A stretch of 62,241 bases of DNA, counting the filler, from Rhabdomonas costata (taxonomy: Eukaryota), in the NCBI GenBank assembly GCA_019059605.1. It is 27 parts of 27 records of this genome, joined end to end, with 100 filler letters (N's around TTAATTAATTAA, not from the genome) between each part and the next. Parts side by side here need not be neighbours in the genome. Positions count along the whole stretch, not along the records: positions 34,647 to 36,855 come from JAHMHO010004831.1; positions 36,956 to 39,165 come from JAHMHO010004832.1; positions 39,266 to 41,474 come from JAHMHO010004833.1; positions 41,575 to 43,781 come from JAHMHO010004834.1; positions 43,882 to 46,093 come from JAHMHO010004835.1; positions 46,194 to 48,401 come from JAHMHO010004836.1; 21 more parts are not named here. The stretch is one strand, 5' to 3'. Below, one piece after another: positions 36,349-48,401 of this stretch (the stretch's first letter is position 1; every line of letters begins with the position of its first letter). The notes under the pieces are model-generated. The model had not been told where the DNA came from. It made no database searches and saw only the letters and a program-made list of their open reading frames with translations. The translations under genes were made by a program, and so were the position numbers.

Positions 36349-39060
36349 TGCTCTTCGGGTTGCGCAAAGGTGGGAGATCGGGAAAGAGGAGGGAAGAGAA
36401 GGCAAGAGGACCGGCGACAAGAAGAAAAAGAAGAGAAGAGAAGAGAAGAGAAGAGAAGCGAGAGAAAATAAGAGCAGAGGTAGAAGACGACAGGAGAGGG
36501 AGAGGTATGACGGGAGTGCAGGAAAGGCACCAAACTCCAAACACCAAAAAACCAACCAAAAGTTGCAAAGGGTAAAAACCCTGCGGCCGTTCAAGATTGG
36601 CGAAAACAAAGGAAGGGAGGGCGGCGCACATTCACGTGTTAATGAGGAAGCCACAGGCCATCCTTCTGACAGGAGCATTTGTCAGACCATCGCCAGTCGA
36701 TGCCGTTGCCTTTTGGACTTCAAAAATCCGCAACAAGAAATGTTCAACTGGAAAGCCTGGTGCTAAATCTAGCTTACCGATGAAAAAGGCACGCGGCATT
36801 GCCTGTGTAACAATGGTTTTCCTTTTGACTGTTGACTGCGTACCAAAACACCCACNNNNNNNNNNNNNNNNNNNNNNNNNNNNNNNNNNNNNNNNNNNNT
36901 TAATTAATTAANNNNNNNNNNNNNNNNNNNNNNNNNNNNNNNNNNNNNNNNNNNNGGGTTTTAGTTGCGTGTGGTAGTAGGCATGTGGTGTGCTGAAGTA
37001 GTTGATGGAGGTGCGTTGGAGTTCTGGCCTATTTTAGTGTATTGGGTTGTATTTGAAGTCGCGTTTTTTGTTATTATTGGTTGACTAGTGCTGGAGGTCT
37101 GTATCTGCATATTCGGTAACCGTTTAGGATCACAGTCTCTAGTTTGATGAGGGGGTGTTTAAGTTTGGTGTTTGTGTTTTTGTTTCCTGCGTGTAAAGTC
37201 TTGCGCGGGTTTATAATTAGTCATTTCATGTAGGTTTCGGGTTCGAGTTATGCCATTCATATTCTTCTTGGTCTTTTGCGCTTTAGGTGCGTCGCTGGTG
37301 AGTAGGTATTCCATTGAATTTATTTGCGATTTCCTTTGGTCTACGGGCAGTGGTGTGGTTAGCAGGGACTGAAACTGTAAGCTGGAACATATAGTGCATC
37401 TTGACCGTAGACTTCGCAATTCCAGCAGCAGGACTGAGAGTGCGAAGGTGGTACGCCATGAGTAGTATCGACCACATGACTTGGCATGATTCTACTGAGC
37501 GCGCGATACGGAAAATCTGGCACCGCTCCATTTTTAGCTTCATCTCTGATTATTGACTGATAGTTCGATATTTTTGTTTCACTAACGTGAGTTTTGCAAC
37601 TTGCTTCGTGAATATGGTTCGTTTTTTATTCAGATGACTTACGGTGAGGCGTTCTGGTGAGTTAGGGTGAGATTATGGCGTGGTGATTTTTGGAGGTGTA
37701 ATGGATGGTGATTGCATCCGCTGGTGACGGTATGGGTTGGTTGTGCGTATATCTGTGTAGATTGCCATCTTCTAGCGGCATGTTTGTTTGTGAATTGAGT
37801 CCATCGGTGAGGTGATGGTGCTGTATGTGTACTGCTATCTTCTAGAGGTAAAGTGATGTGGGTGGTGATAATTGGACGTGGTTTCTGTTTGTGTTGCATA
37901 CATATCATTGGACTCTGACATAGGGTGTTTTTCACAAAGTGGATGGCTCAGAATGAACGGTAAGAGTATTTATTGATCAATTACAATAGTTACTCCTATG
38001 ATTTTGGTGTAGGATGTGGGCTAGTTGTGTTATCACGCCAAAGATTTGCCAGTGTAGCATAACCGCATTTACAAAGTTATGCGTGGTGGATAAAAAAAGG
38101 ACTGGTGGTATTCAGCGATGCCAAGCAACTTCAACCCCCAACCAACGTGCAGCCATAGCTTAAGTTATGGTTCATTAACAACCACAGCAGGGTGTGGTCA
38201 TGTACAACCGAGGATGTCGTGGTAGAACTGTCACCCATAGCAGTAGCATGGTATATCAGTGTGATAGGACGCTACTATATGGCCATTTGGACCACACCAT
38301 AGGTGTGTGTATGCAAACATATAAGTGTATTACACTAGTAGCAGTGTATGCGCATGTGCGTTGATGTTATGGTGTTGGTATTGGCTTAGGTCCAAGCATA
38401 GAGTGTGATGATGACTCTGAGCCTCTATGTGTGTACCTTATCATGCAAACATCATGTTGAGGTCAAACATGGCATAGTGTCATCATAATCAGGTTGGTGG
38501 TAGGCGAGTAACAACATTGTCAATCCAAATCTCTGGGTGTTACTGTGTTGTGTCATTATGATGTAGGCATTTGTAAGGTAAAAATAGGAAATATTACCAC
38601 CATGTCATATTTGCTACGCTCGATGACATATTTTAAATTTTGGATGAAATGTTAATGGTAATTCATGTATATGGTAATTCATTCTTGTTTTGTATTTGCA
38701 TGGATGTACATTTAATTTGGTAACTGTGTAATATACACGTGCTCAATGTGGTATTTGATTTTAACAGTTACACAAGATGGCAAAAACAAACAACATGCGG
38801 TAATCTGGTGTAGATGTTTCGAACTTTGGAATTATATCTCAGGTTTAGGGTCTTAGTGCCATGTTTCAGTTGTCTGAGTTGTGCGCATGCAGGTAGACTC
38901 CGTTAAATGCTATTTGTGGCTTGATCATAGATATGTTTATCTTGCTATGTAGCTCAATCTTGCAAATAACGTTTTTGTCTTGGACTTCAGTATCCCGTAT
39001 TGTTTCTTGGGTTCATTGTTTCTGTTGCTGCGTATTGGTGACTTGTTCCAAGTGATGTTA

Positions 39061-39165
39061 GTTGTAGTTGTAGTTGTAGTTGTAGTTGTAGTTGTAGTTG
39101 TAGTTGTAGTTGTAGTTGTAGTTGTAGTTGTAGTTGTAGTTGTAGTTGTAGTTGTAGTTGTAGTT
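39061..39165 (+). repeat. (GTTGTA)n tandem repeat, about 17.5 units, running off the contig end
   Basis: Perfect hexamer array seen directly. Confidence 0.97.
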
Positions 39166-39265
39166 NNNNNNNNNNNNNNNNNNNNNNNNNNNNNNNNNNN
39201 NNNNNNNNNTTAATTAATTAANNNNNNNNNNNNNNNNNNNNNNNNNNNNNNNNNNNNNNNNNNNN

Positions 39266-40144
39266 GTTTTTTTGTTGTTCTAACCATGTTTTCATCTGTT
39301 ATTTGTATATTATTTTTTAGTATTATATGTAAACATGTATTTCCATCAATATTCATTAAATTAAAATCAATCTGAAATTTTATTATGAAATTTACTAATG
39401 TTATTACATTTTCTTTTATTATTTTGTGAAAAAATGTATCACCATATATATCTTGATTATTTATATTTATCTTGTAATTTATCAACAATTTAATCATTGT
39501 TTCATTTGTTGCATATGCTAATGCGTTTTCATCCAATTCATTTGTGATATTTATATTTATTTTACTATTTACTAAATATCGTATTGTTTCTTCATCATCA
39601 TTTTTAACTGCAATATGTAATGCACTTTCGTTTTGTTTATTTATATCTTCTAAATTTACATATCTTATTATTTCTTTGTACATATTTAACATTTTATATT
39701 TTATTGCAAACAATAATAAATTATTACCATTGTCATCATATATAGGATGATCCATTTTACTTAATAAAATATTTAACATTTCCATATTTTTCAATATTAT
39801 TGTATAATGTATCGGTAGAAGACCATAGTAATCTTTTAGATATAAAATATTATTACCAATATATGTCTTATTATAAATTAATATTTTATCTAGAATAGAA
39901 ATATTATTATTTTTAATAACATAATATAGCAAAGATCTTTTTTCGATATCGAAAATATCTATTTTTGGTTTTTTTTTATCAATTATCGTTATGATTAATT
40001 TGTTATGATTGCTTAATAATGCATGAGTAAGTAAATAATTTCCATATTTATCTATTATATTTATGTTATTTATTTTTGCAAGTTTTGTCAATAACAAATT
40101 TATGTTATTTTTTTTATAAGATCGAATAAATATTCATAATCCAT
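39266..40144 (-). CDS. Ankyrin-repeat protein, 3'-partial; likely true ATG at 40144 with a homopolymer frameshift at 40108-40115
   Basis: Repeats DKYGNYLLTHA, DYYGLLPIHY, NKQNESALHIAV, QDIYGDTFFH, NIDGNTCLH. Adding one A to the A8 run fuses MDYEYLFDLIKKNNIN to the ORF. Confidence 0.9.
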
Positions 40145-40183
40145 TATATTTTTAAAATATAATTTATACTTTAAAAATATAAT
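40143..40183 (-). terminator. Mimivirus-type 3'-end hairpin
   Basis: 14 perfect pairs, one G.U pair (minus-strand RNA only), 4 more pairs and a 3-nt loop, starting just past the stop of ORF 40779-40186. Confidence 0.7.
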
Positions 40184-40185
40184 AT

Positions 40186-40779
40186 TTAATTGTTTATTTG
40201 TTTCAAAAATTCAAAATTCATCAAATTTAAATGTGAATGTATGTTTTTCCATTCTTTCTTATGTTTCATTATATATTTTAATAAAAATGTGTACAAATTA
40301 TGTTTCGTGAATTTATCTTTATATTTATCTATATCTATGTTATTTAATCGTGCTGTATATAGCCAATCTTTCATCATAACTAGATAAAATATATCTATCC
40401 AGCTATCTTCAAAAAATCCCAATTCATTACCATAACATATTAACGCATATTCTAAATATCTTACATATGATCTATAATCTGTATCTTTTTTAAAATTTTT
40501 ATTTAAATATTTCATCACATCACCAAATGATTTCGCATCTTCACATACTATATTTAAAAAAGATTTAGTATCATGTACGAAATTAATTATTGGTGTTGCA
40601 AATGATGATGTGATTTTTTTCTTTGTAAAACATATATTTACCACTGGTGCATCATAATGTTTTAGTTGAAAAATTGTATATGTTGGACATCTTGGTATTA
40701 TCACGTCTGAAATTAAAAGTTCAAGTATTACGGGATGTATAAAAGGTTTCGTCGTACATTTATCTATACATATATCCAT
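40186..40779 (-). CDS. Hypothetical viral-type protein, 197 aa
   Basis: Complete intronless ORF in AT-rich DNA; N-terminal CxxxC...IHPV...CP pattern. Confidence 0.8.
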   Translation of the reverse strand: MDICIDKCTTKPFIHPVILELLISDVIIPRCPTYTIFQLKHYDAPVVNICFTKKKITSSFATPIINFVHDTKSFLNIVCEDAKSFGDVMKYLNKNFKKDTDYRSYVRYLEYALICYGNELGFFEDSWIDIFYLVMMKDWLYTARLNNIDIDKYKDKFTKHNLYTFLLKYIMKHKKEWKNIHSHLNLMNFEFLKQINN

Positions 40780-40919
40780 CTTATATAAGACTTATAAAAA
40801 TTTTAGTATATCTACAAATAATATTATCATAACACATAAATTAATTAGAGTACAATTTATATGTAAGTTCACTAAAATAAAATTAAAATCAAATCATTTT
40901 TTATAATTTTACATTATAT

Positions 40920-41474
40920 ATGTTGATATTACAAACATTAGACAAATATAAAAATACATTCATCAATAATGCTATTAAATCTTTGTTTATTAATCTAAAT
41001 ATAAATGATATATTGCTTTTACATGAACTTTTAATCAGATTTATTTATGCAATATCTGTGATTTTTTCATTGCACATTGATAAACTTATTGATCAATTAT
41101 TTAAAAATCATTATCGTGATTGTAAACGTCTTGGTTTGTTGTTACTTCCTGAAATTAAAAATAGAGATAAATTATTATCGTTTAACAATTTATATCATGA
41201 AAAAGAAAAAAGTTCATGTTCTAATACTAATATAGCCAAATGTCAACCTGATTATTTATTTACATATATACAATATAACAGATGTAAAAGACAACCACTT
41301 GAAGAAATTAATTTTTCTTTTGAACATTTAAAACATAATTTAATTTTGTTGATCGATACATTACAATGTGTTTCAAATAAATTATTTGTTAATTGGTTAC
41401 ATACTACTCCAATTGATCTTCATACATATACATTAGAACCTATTTATAATTTAACATTATCTAGATATAATTCT
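40920..41474 (+). CDS. Viral-type protein N-terminus, 3'-partial
   Basis: Intronless 185-codon ORF; QLFKNHYRD..LLLLP and SNKLFVNW motifs recall a large conserved mimivirid protein (from memory, unverified). Confidence 0.75.
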
Positions 41475-41574
41475 NNNNNNNNNNNNNNNNNNNNNNNNNN
41501 NNNNNNNNNNNNNNNNNNTTAATTAATTAANNNNNNNNNNNNNNNNNNNNNNNNNNNNNNNNNNNNNNNNNNNN

Positions 41575-43781
41575 GTGTGGTGTGCCTGGGAGGAGCCTGG
41601 GCAGGAGGGGGTTGAATGTGATGATCCGGGGCCGTTCTCGGTGGTGCCCGTGGAGGGCACCGTGGCCCCGGGGCAGACGCAGTGGGTGGAGCTGAAGTAT
41701 TCCCCGATGGATATCGACTGCCCTCACAGGCGGGTGCTGGTTGGGGCCTTCGACAACCTCGCTCCGGAGCTGGCCACACCCAGGATTCCGGTATGCGAAG
41801 GCAGCATTTTGATGAGAGTTGGAATTGTCTGGAATTGAACTGCCTGTTGAACGTCTTGTGGTAATACCTCCCTCTTTGTATGACTCTGCTGGAAAAGAAG
41901 GGAAAGTTGGGAAGAGTGCAGTATTATTGAGATGTTTGAAATCAGAAAAGCTCTTCACCCATAGCGCCTTTCCTTAAACCACATTCACCAACATTCACAT
42001 GGAGTCTTAGGTCCTGTGTCTTGGGGAGCGCCATTCTATTTTTACTGTTGAGAATTAGTGGAGAGTGAACCTGTCACCAATTGCAACACATCGAGTTCTC
42101 TGTCACCGCAATCACTACAATCAATAGAGGGTATGCGTTTTTTTGTGTTTTTCTCTGTGCGATTTCTAGCTATTTGCGCTTCTCCGATTTCCGTCCGTAT
42201 CTGACACTGCGCGACCTCAGGTGGAGGGCTACTCCGAATGCCCCCTGGTGCACTTCGAGCTGGAGCCCTCGGACTACCTCACCTCGGACCGCCGACCGCC
42301 GGAGCTTCGGGGCCCGGCCAACAAGCTGGGCAGCCTGGACCCTGCTTCGACCCAGGTCATCGAGTTCCAGTCCCTGGGGGTCAAGATCCGCAACACCCGC
42401 CGGTTCTACGTCCTCAACCCCACGGCCTCCTCGTACGAGTTCGAGTGGGTCGACGTCACAGGGGACTCCGCAATCTCTGCACAGTTCTCCTGCCACACAC
42501 CCCGAGGGGTAAGTTCTCTGCGCTTCTGCGCTGTGCGTCTGGGTGTGAGATAAGGTCGGTTGGTCGCCTTTCTGTACTTACTTTTCTCCGCAAGCATTTT
42601 TCTTTTGGGTTCTCGTTTTCCATTTTCGCTTGCCTTTGGTCACTGCCTCCGAACATCAAACAAAATAGCCGATGTTTTTGCAGTTGCTGAAGTCCCGCAC
42701 GTCGTGGGTTCCAACCACTGCTTCCTGGTACAGTGGTCTCCTTCATGTGTACGGTTTTTCAGATCTGTTCCCCCCCCCCCCCGCTCCCTTTGTGTTTCTT
42801 GCAGGTCATTCACTCTGGGAAGAAGTTTGAGATGGTCTTCGACTACACCCCTGAGAGCCTGGACCTGAGGGAGTGCCTGTACAACTTCAGCGTCCTGATC
42901 GGGGCTCACCCCACGGTGGTGCCGTTCCTTCTAGTGGGCTGCTCGCTGGAGCCTGACGTGAGGTTTGACAGCACCAAACTGGCGTTCGGCTCGGTGCTGC
43001 TGGGCTCGAAGGTGAAGCAGACCCTCACCATTATCAACAACGAGGAGCTCCCGTTCGCGTTTTCCTTTGATAAGGTTTGCACATGATAGATAGTTCAAGG
43101 GGGCATGAAGTGCTGGATAAAAGTTGCGAGTTTGGGTTTGGTGATTCAAGGCATGTTTTTTGGCCGCATTTTGATAAGTGCAGGATCCAAATCCAACTTT
43201 CTCATTTGATTTTGGCTGTTTGCGAGAAAAAACATGATCTTTTGCAATCTCTTCCCGCTGGCTGCCGTTTTTATTGATGGTTAAATGACGAGGTTTCTTT
43301 TTATTCATATAAATTAGCGGGAAAATTGCGCAGAAAGATGCTAAGAAAAGGACCCTGGACAAACGCTAAGATGACAAGAACTTTCTTAACAACGCGGTGT
43401 AACGAAGATTTCTGCCCACCTTAGTTCGCTGCCATTGGAGCGACCGTTCCAAAAGCCAGCGGCGTCCATCCTCTTCTCCACCCCCTCTTGCCACTGCCTC
43501 ACGCACTACACAGATCATGGACGGCAACCAGGAGGGCAAGTCCGTGGTCACCGTGTCCCCGGAGTCTGGCACGGTCGCCGCGCACAGCACCGTGCCCGTG
43601 GAGGTTGCTTTCTGCACAACCTCCGAGGAGGCCTATAACTACAACCTGGTGTGCCGCGTGAAGAGGAAGACCACCTTCCTCAGCTGCAACGTGAAGGGCG
43701 AGGGCTACTCCGTCCACGACAGCATGGTGCTGCGGACTGCCCAGGAGACGATTGTGCTGCAGCCCAACGTCACCAACCACA
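41575..43781 (+). CDS. HYDIN: HYDIN central-pair protein, internal part; exons 41575-41790, 42221-42508, 42805-43074, 43514-43781
   Basis: HFELEPSDYLTSDRRPPELRG...TQVIEFQSLG...FYVLNPT.SSYEFEW, VPFLLVG, YNYNLVCRVKRK...NVKGEGY; three phase-0 GT-AG introns. Confidence 0.92.
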
Positions 43782-46201
43782 NNNNNNNNNNNNNNNNNNN
43801 NNNNNNNNNNNNNNNNNNNNNNNNNTTAATTAATTAANNNNNNNNNNNNNNNNNNNNNNNNNNNNNNNNNNNNNNNNNNNNCTGGGTTTCTACGCTATGG
43901 TTGGTGCTGCAAATCGTGTTGGATGTGCTTTTGTGGTGCATGCGTGGGCCTGTGACGTGTCTTTTGGGCTTTGGTTCACGTTTCATGGTTCGTCCTTCGG
44001 TTAATCTGTTTGTGGTTCTGGGAATGTCTTCGGGTTAGGCCTTCTGGTGTCGTAGTTGTGTGTTGCTGCCTTTGTTGTGTACTTTGTCTCCTTTGCTACG
44101 TCTGCTGCTTCTGTGTTGATTCGTGCTTCTGTGGGCTTGCATGGTGTCTTGCATGTTGTTGCATGTTGCATTGTTTCTGTCCTTCCGCTTAGTGGTATTC
44201 GTTGGTTCTGGTGGGCGCGCAAGCGTTGGGTGGGTGGCTTTCGGTGTCAGCATTCGGTCTCATGGCATTCGTTGTGCTTCTTGGTTCCTTCGCTGTGTTC
44301 TGTGCTTCATCTTTGCGTGTTACAATGGGTAGTGGGTAGTGTGGTGCTGTCTCCAGGCTAGTAATTGGGGTTCTGTGCAGGTATGGGTGTGGGCGTCATG
44401 GTGGATGTCGCGCTTTTTGGTTCGTGTGCTTTTTTCAGCCGAGTGAAGGTCTTCTGGGTTGTGCGTGAGCCTAGTTGGCAGTTCTCTGGTGGGTGTGAAT
44501 TCCTAGGGTGGTATGGCGTTACTTATGTGGATAGTGCTTACGGTGCTTGTGGTATACTTGGTGGTGTTGCTGAAGGTACGATGGGTGGTGAGTGTGCTTG
44601 GTGTGCTTTGGATGCTTGTGTTTCTTCTATGTGTATAGGTGCGTAGGTGTTTGGTAGAATAGGATAGATCAGAATGCAGTAATCCAGAACCCGAACTCAG
44701 AAACACGGAACCCAAAAACCAAACCCCAGAATTCGAAACCCGAAAACCCTAAAAACCCTAAAAATCAAAACAGGTGGTCCAGATTTACTGCACCACATCA
44801 AAAAATCACCCTCCGCGCAAAAGAAATGACCACCGTGGTGAAAAATTCTCCACCCAAATTACAGAATTCCACCACTTTCATAATTCCCGCATACACTCAT
44901 GATATGAAATGATACAGAATGCCAAAGGGGCAGCCAATGACCACCTATTCTGCATCAAAAGTGAGAAAATACGCGTAAAATTTCCACTTACATAAATGCC
45001 AAATACGCGCAAGATGTTACACATATGCTCACATTCTGTAGCACTGACAATGCACTTGAAACACGATTCTGACAGTGATTTTCACACGCATTTTGAGAGA
45101 TATCCGGATATGTAGAATTATGTAAATTCTTAAACGATGCTAGTAAAAGTGAAAAAAACGAGTATTTTTTCACCTATTTTTCTTTTTTCAAGTGCTCGTA
45201 TGCATTTGTGTATATGATATGATATGTACACTTTATTAAAAATGCTTAACGTGTAAAAACCAAAAAAACCAAAAACTTTAACAAATTGTAAAAAATAAAA
45301 AGATGAAATTCTGATAAAATGTGTAAAAGATGCACGTAAGACCATCTCACTTGCATCTCATATAATTCTGAAAAATGGATGGTGTTTGTGGTGAAGAAGA
45401 GAGATGCAGGAAGATGCATCATACCTGCATCTGATACCCATAAGAGAGAAAAAGGCTTCTATGTTTGTTGGCCGTGTGTTCCTCGCACTAGCTCCAACCA
45501 CACCACCTACCCAAACAGCATCGGCAACAACTCCAACAGCAACACCCACTTCGAGTCCACTACAACCACTGACTCCTACTACAATAGAAATACAACCGAT
45601 ACACTGAGTCCCAAACCACTAAGCACCACCCAAGATCTCCGAAACAGAGTTTGGCCATTCCATAGCATCCAACAATCAATATTGCAAGCCAAAAAATGCA
45701 TAAATTGTAGAGAACTTCATACCCGAAATGCCAACACCCACCGATCAAGCACAGATACCCAACACCTATGCACCAATATGATATGACTTCTGTGTTTGAG
45801 GTCGTCTTCTGGGGTCTGGATTCTGGGTTCTGCTTTTGGGTTCTGGAATCGGAGTCGAGTTTTGGGTTGTGCGTGGATTCGTGGCTTGGGTTGGTTGGTC
45901 GTGACCTCGTGTACGTGCGCGTCTTCTTCTTCTTCTTGTATTCTTGGGTTTTGGATTATGGGTTCTGAGTTGGGTTGAAGGTTCTGAAGTGGAGTTGAGT
46001 TTCCGAGTGAGATGGATGGAGGGTTCTGAGTCGGAGTCTGAGCGTAAGGTGGGAAGGTGGAGTGGGTGAGTTGGAGTGCAGTGGAGTGGAGTGNNNNNNN
46101 NNNNNNNNNNNNNNNNNNNNNNNNNNNNNNNNNNNNNTTAATTAATTAANNNNNNNNNNNNNNNNNNNNNNNNNNNNNNNNNNNNNNNNNNNNGGTGTTG
46201 T

Positions 46202-46305
46202 TGTGCAGGTGGTTGTGGTTGATGATTGATGGCTGAGTAGTGTTCGCTATTTATGAATAGCGAACACTACTCAGCCATCAATCATCAACCACAACCACCT
46301 GCACA
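46202..46305. repeat. Perfect fold-back: 50-bp arms, 4-nt loop (TATG)
   Basis: 46202-46251 is the exact reverse complement of 46256-46305. Confidence 0.95.
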
Positions 46306-47384
46306 TAAACTCTCAAACTCTCTACCATCTCAGAGAACCCTTTCGCGAAACATCGCTCAAATGAGAACAACGTGACACATGTGCATGAGAACATTCACCT
46401 AACACTGCGCGTAATCCACTTTCATGCGATCACGGAACCCCTGAAGAGATTATTTTCGCACGAAGGGCAGCGCCGCGGTGCGACCTGATCCAAGCACCCT
46501 GAGCGCCATGCACGTTCCCCTGTAATTTGCAACAGAAGGCCAGCACGGGATTAGGGATGAGGCACCCACGGGGGGGTTTGGAGGGCTCTGCCGTTGGGTC
46601 CGTTCTAAAAGTTGTTGCGTAGCTAACGATAATCACGGCTAAGTAATTACGTTAAGTAAGTAATGAATGCTATTCACGGGGGTGAATAGCCGGGGGCGGG
46701 GGACGAAAGACTCTAAGGCCAACTTTCCAAGACCAATTTTTCTGTTCAGATCTTGAATTTTAGGGACCTATGAGTGACCAGTCATCAACTACCTCTGGGC
46801 TAGGAAACGGCAAAGGGAGAGAAAAGGCAACGAGGTTGCGGTTGTGCCCCCCCCCCAAGACATACATGCTCAAAATAGGGGCACACCTTCAGCCAAAAAG
46901 AAGGACTCGCGCTCAAGGTTTTTGTGGCGCAGCAGCGCTTCGAAGCGAGCCTGCAGCTCGGGATCGTCGGAGAGCTGGACGTGCTCTCGAACCACAGCCA
47001 CAATAGAGTTCCATTTGTTTCCCTTTGAGAGGAGGAAAGAGAGAGCCGAACGTCACGACTCTCACGACAAACCCAACCGCCATACCACCTGACACACGCA
47101 ATCAGCTTACAGCACCGAAAAAAAAAGGGCCCGAAATGGATCTTAAAAGACCTTAAGTAAAGCAAAAGACCGAAGGATCCGACCTCATTCCGGTGCTATC
47201 ATGAATGCACACATGTAGATACATGACAGCCCCCACCGAAAGGTTGGGCTCAAGGTGCAGGTTCAAGATCTGCCCATTCGGGTCTTTGGAAAGGTGGCTT
47301 AGTCGAAAAGGGCGACAAAAAGAGGCATTCAAATACATATCATGTGTCTCTGTGAATCTCGGGACATATGCAAGTTGCGCACAC

Positions 47385-48401
47385 CGCATTGAGCATCTCC
47401 ATGGAAAACTCCAGAGAGTCGCGTCTCTTCATCTTACTCACCAAAAAACCTATTATCGTGTTGAGCTCAGCGGAAGCGGGGTCGTCCGAGCCCTCGATAA
47501 GAGGCTTGTACCCACCCAGAAGGTCTCCGATTTCTGTCTCGGAATGCACCGTGATGATATCCAGCTTCTGCCGGTACAGCGCGGCCAGCTCCAGAATTAG
47601 CTCGGTCTTCCCGCTGCACGTGGGGCCCTCCAGAATCACCATCCTCTGGCTGGTGGTCATCATCGCCAGCTTCTGCAGCTGCCGAAGGGAGTGCCTTGTG
47701 TACACAAACCGGCCCTCCCCGATCGGATGTTCGGGCTCGTTTCCAAACGCATCAATCCCATCCTTCCCATCCTTCCCAAGCTTAAGATGGCCCAGAGTCC
47801 CGCTATTGCTGATTTCCAATGGAAAGAGATCCTCAAGGCTCACATCCAGCTTCGTGAGGATGTACTCGAGGGAGCGCTCGCGATCCTCGCGGTGCAGGTG
47901 ACACTCCGAGAAGACCATCAGGGCGGCATAACAGCCCAAAAGCTTGTTCTCCGCCAGAATGGTGTGACTGCAGTTGCTCCTAAGGGAGCGGTAGACGTCG
48001 CAAAACTTCAGTACGTCCCGAAGGTTGAAGCCTTGCACTTCGTCATGATCTTTGTGCTGAAGCTTTCCGGGAAGGTCTTGCAGTAGGTTGTTCAGGAGGT
48101 CCTCAAAGACGGGATCATCGAGCCCACGCATGCTGAGGTATTTCCAGGCAATAGCACCCACCTCGGTGTCGATCAGGGTGTCCTGGTGGGACACAACAAA
48201 GTGGGGGGCGACGACCAGTTTCGATGTTGACGCCGACATCTCCGTAGTCGTCCGAGTTGCAAAGACGATAGTACTGGCGGGGTCCATGGGTGCAGCACTG
48301 CCTTCAACAAAGAGGACAGGGTGACGGGTGTCCAAAAAGGGCACCGTGAGCTGTTGCACAGGGGGCGGAGCCAGGTCGAGGTCCTCGAAAACCACAACAC
48401 A
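47385..48401 (-). CDS. Midasin-like multi-AAA ATPase, internal exon
   Basis: FNLRDVLKFC, FVYT, VILEGPTCSGKT (Walker A), ETEIGDLLGGYKP; donor GCG|GTGTG at 47384. Confidence 0.75.

Larger units (their letters stand above)
39266..41474. other. Giant-virus (NCLDV, probably Mimiviridae) genome fragment
   Basis: Extremely AT-rich, intronless, three tightly packed I/N/K-rich ORFs, an ankyrin gene and an AT palindrome after a stop; unlike every other contig. Confidence 0.75.

Noticed and set aside
38980-39213. Poly-Val ORF
   Set aside because: Translation of the (GTTGTA)n repeat; no coding evidence.
40780-40919. Mimivirus early promoter AAAATTGA
   Set aside because: No exact match on either strand; only AAAATTAA in AT-rich DNA.
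39166-41574. Viral segment integrated next to HYDIN
   Set aside because: Linkers on both sides; adjacency is artificial, so integration cannot be inferred.
41575-43781. All introns being phase 0
   Set aside because: True for HYDIN, XRN2 and REC, but PMCA, NAXD, the helicase and dynein have phase 1 or 2 introns.
43882-44660. Alternative genetic code or mitochondrial gene in the skewed region
   Set aside because: The most protein-like frame I translated contains TAA, TAG and TGA, and no recognisable protein emerges.
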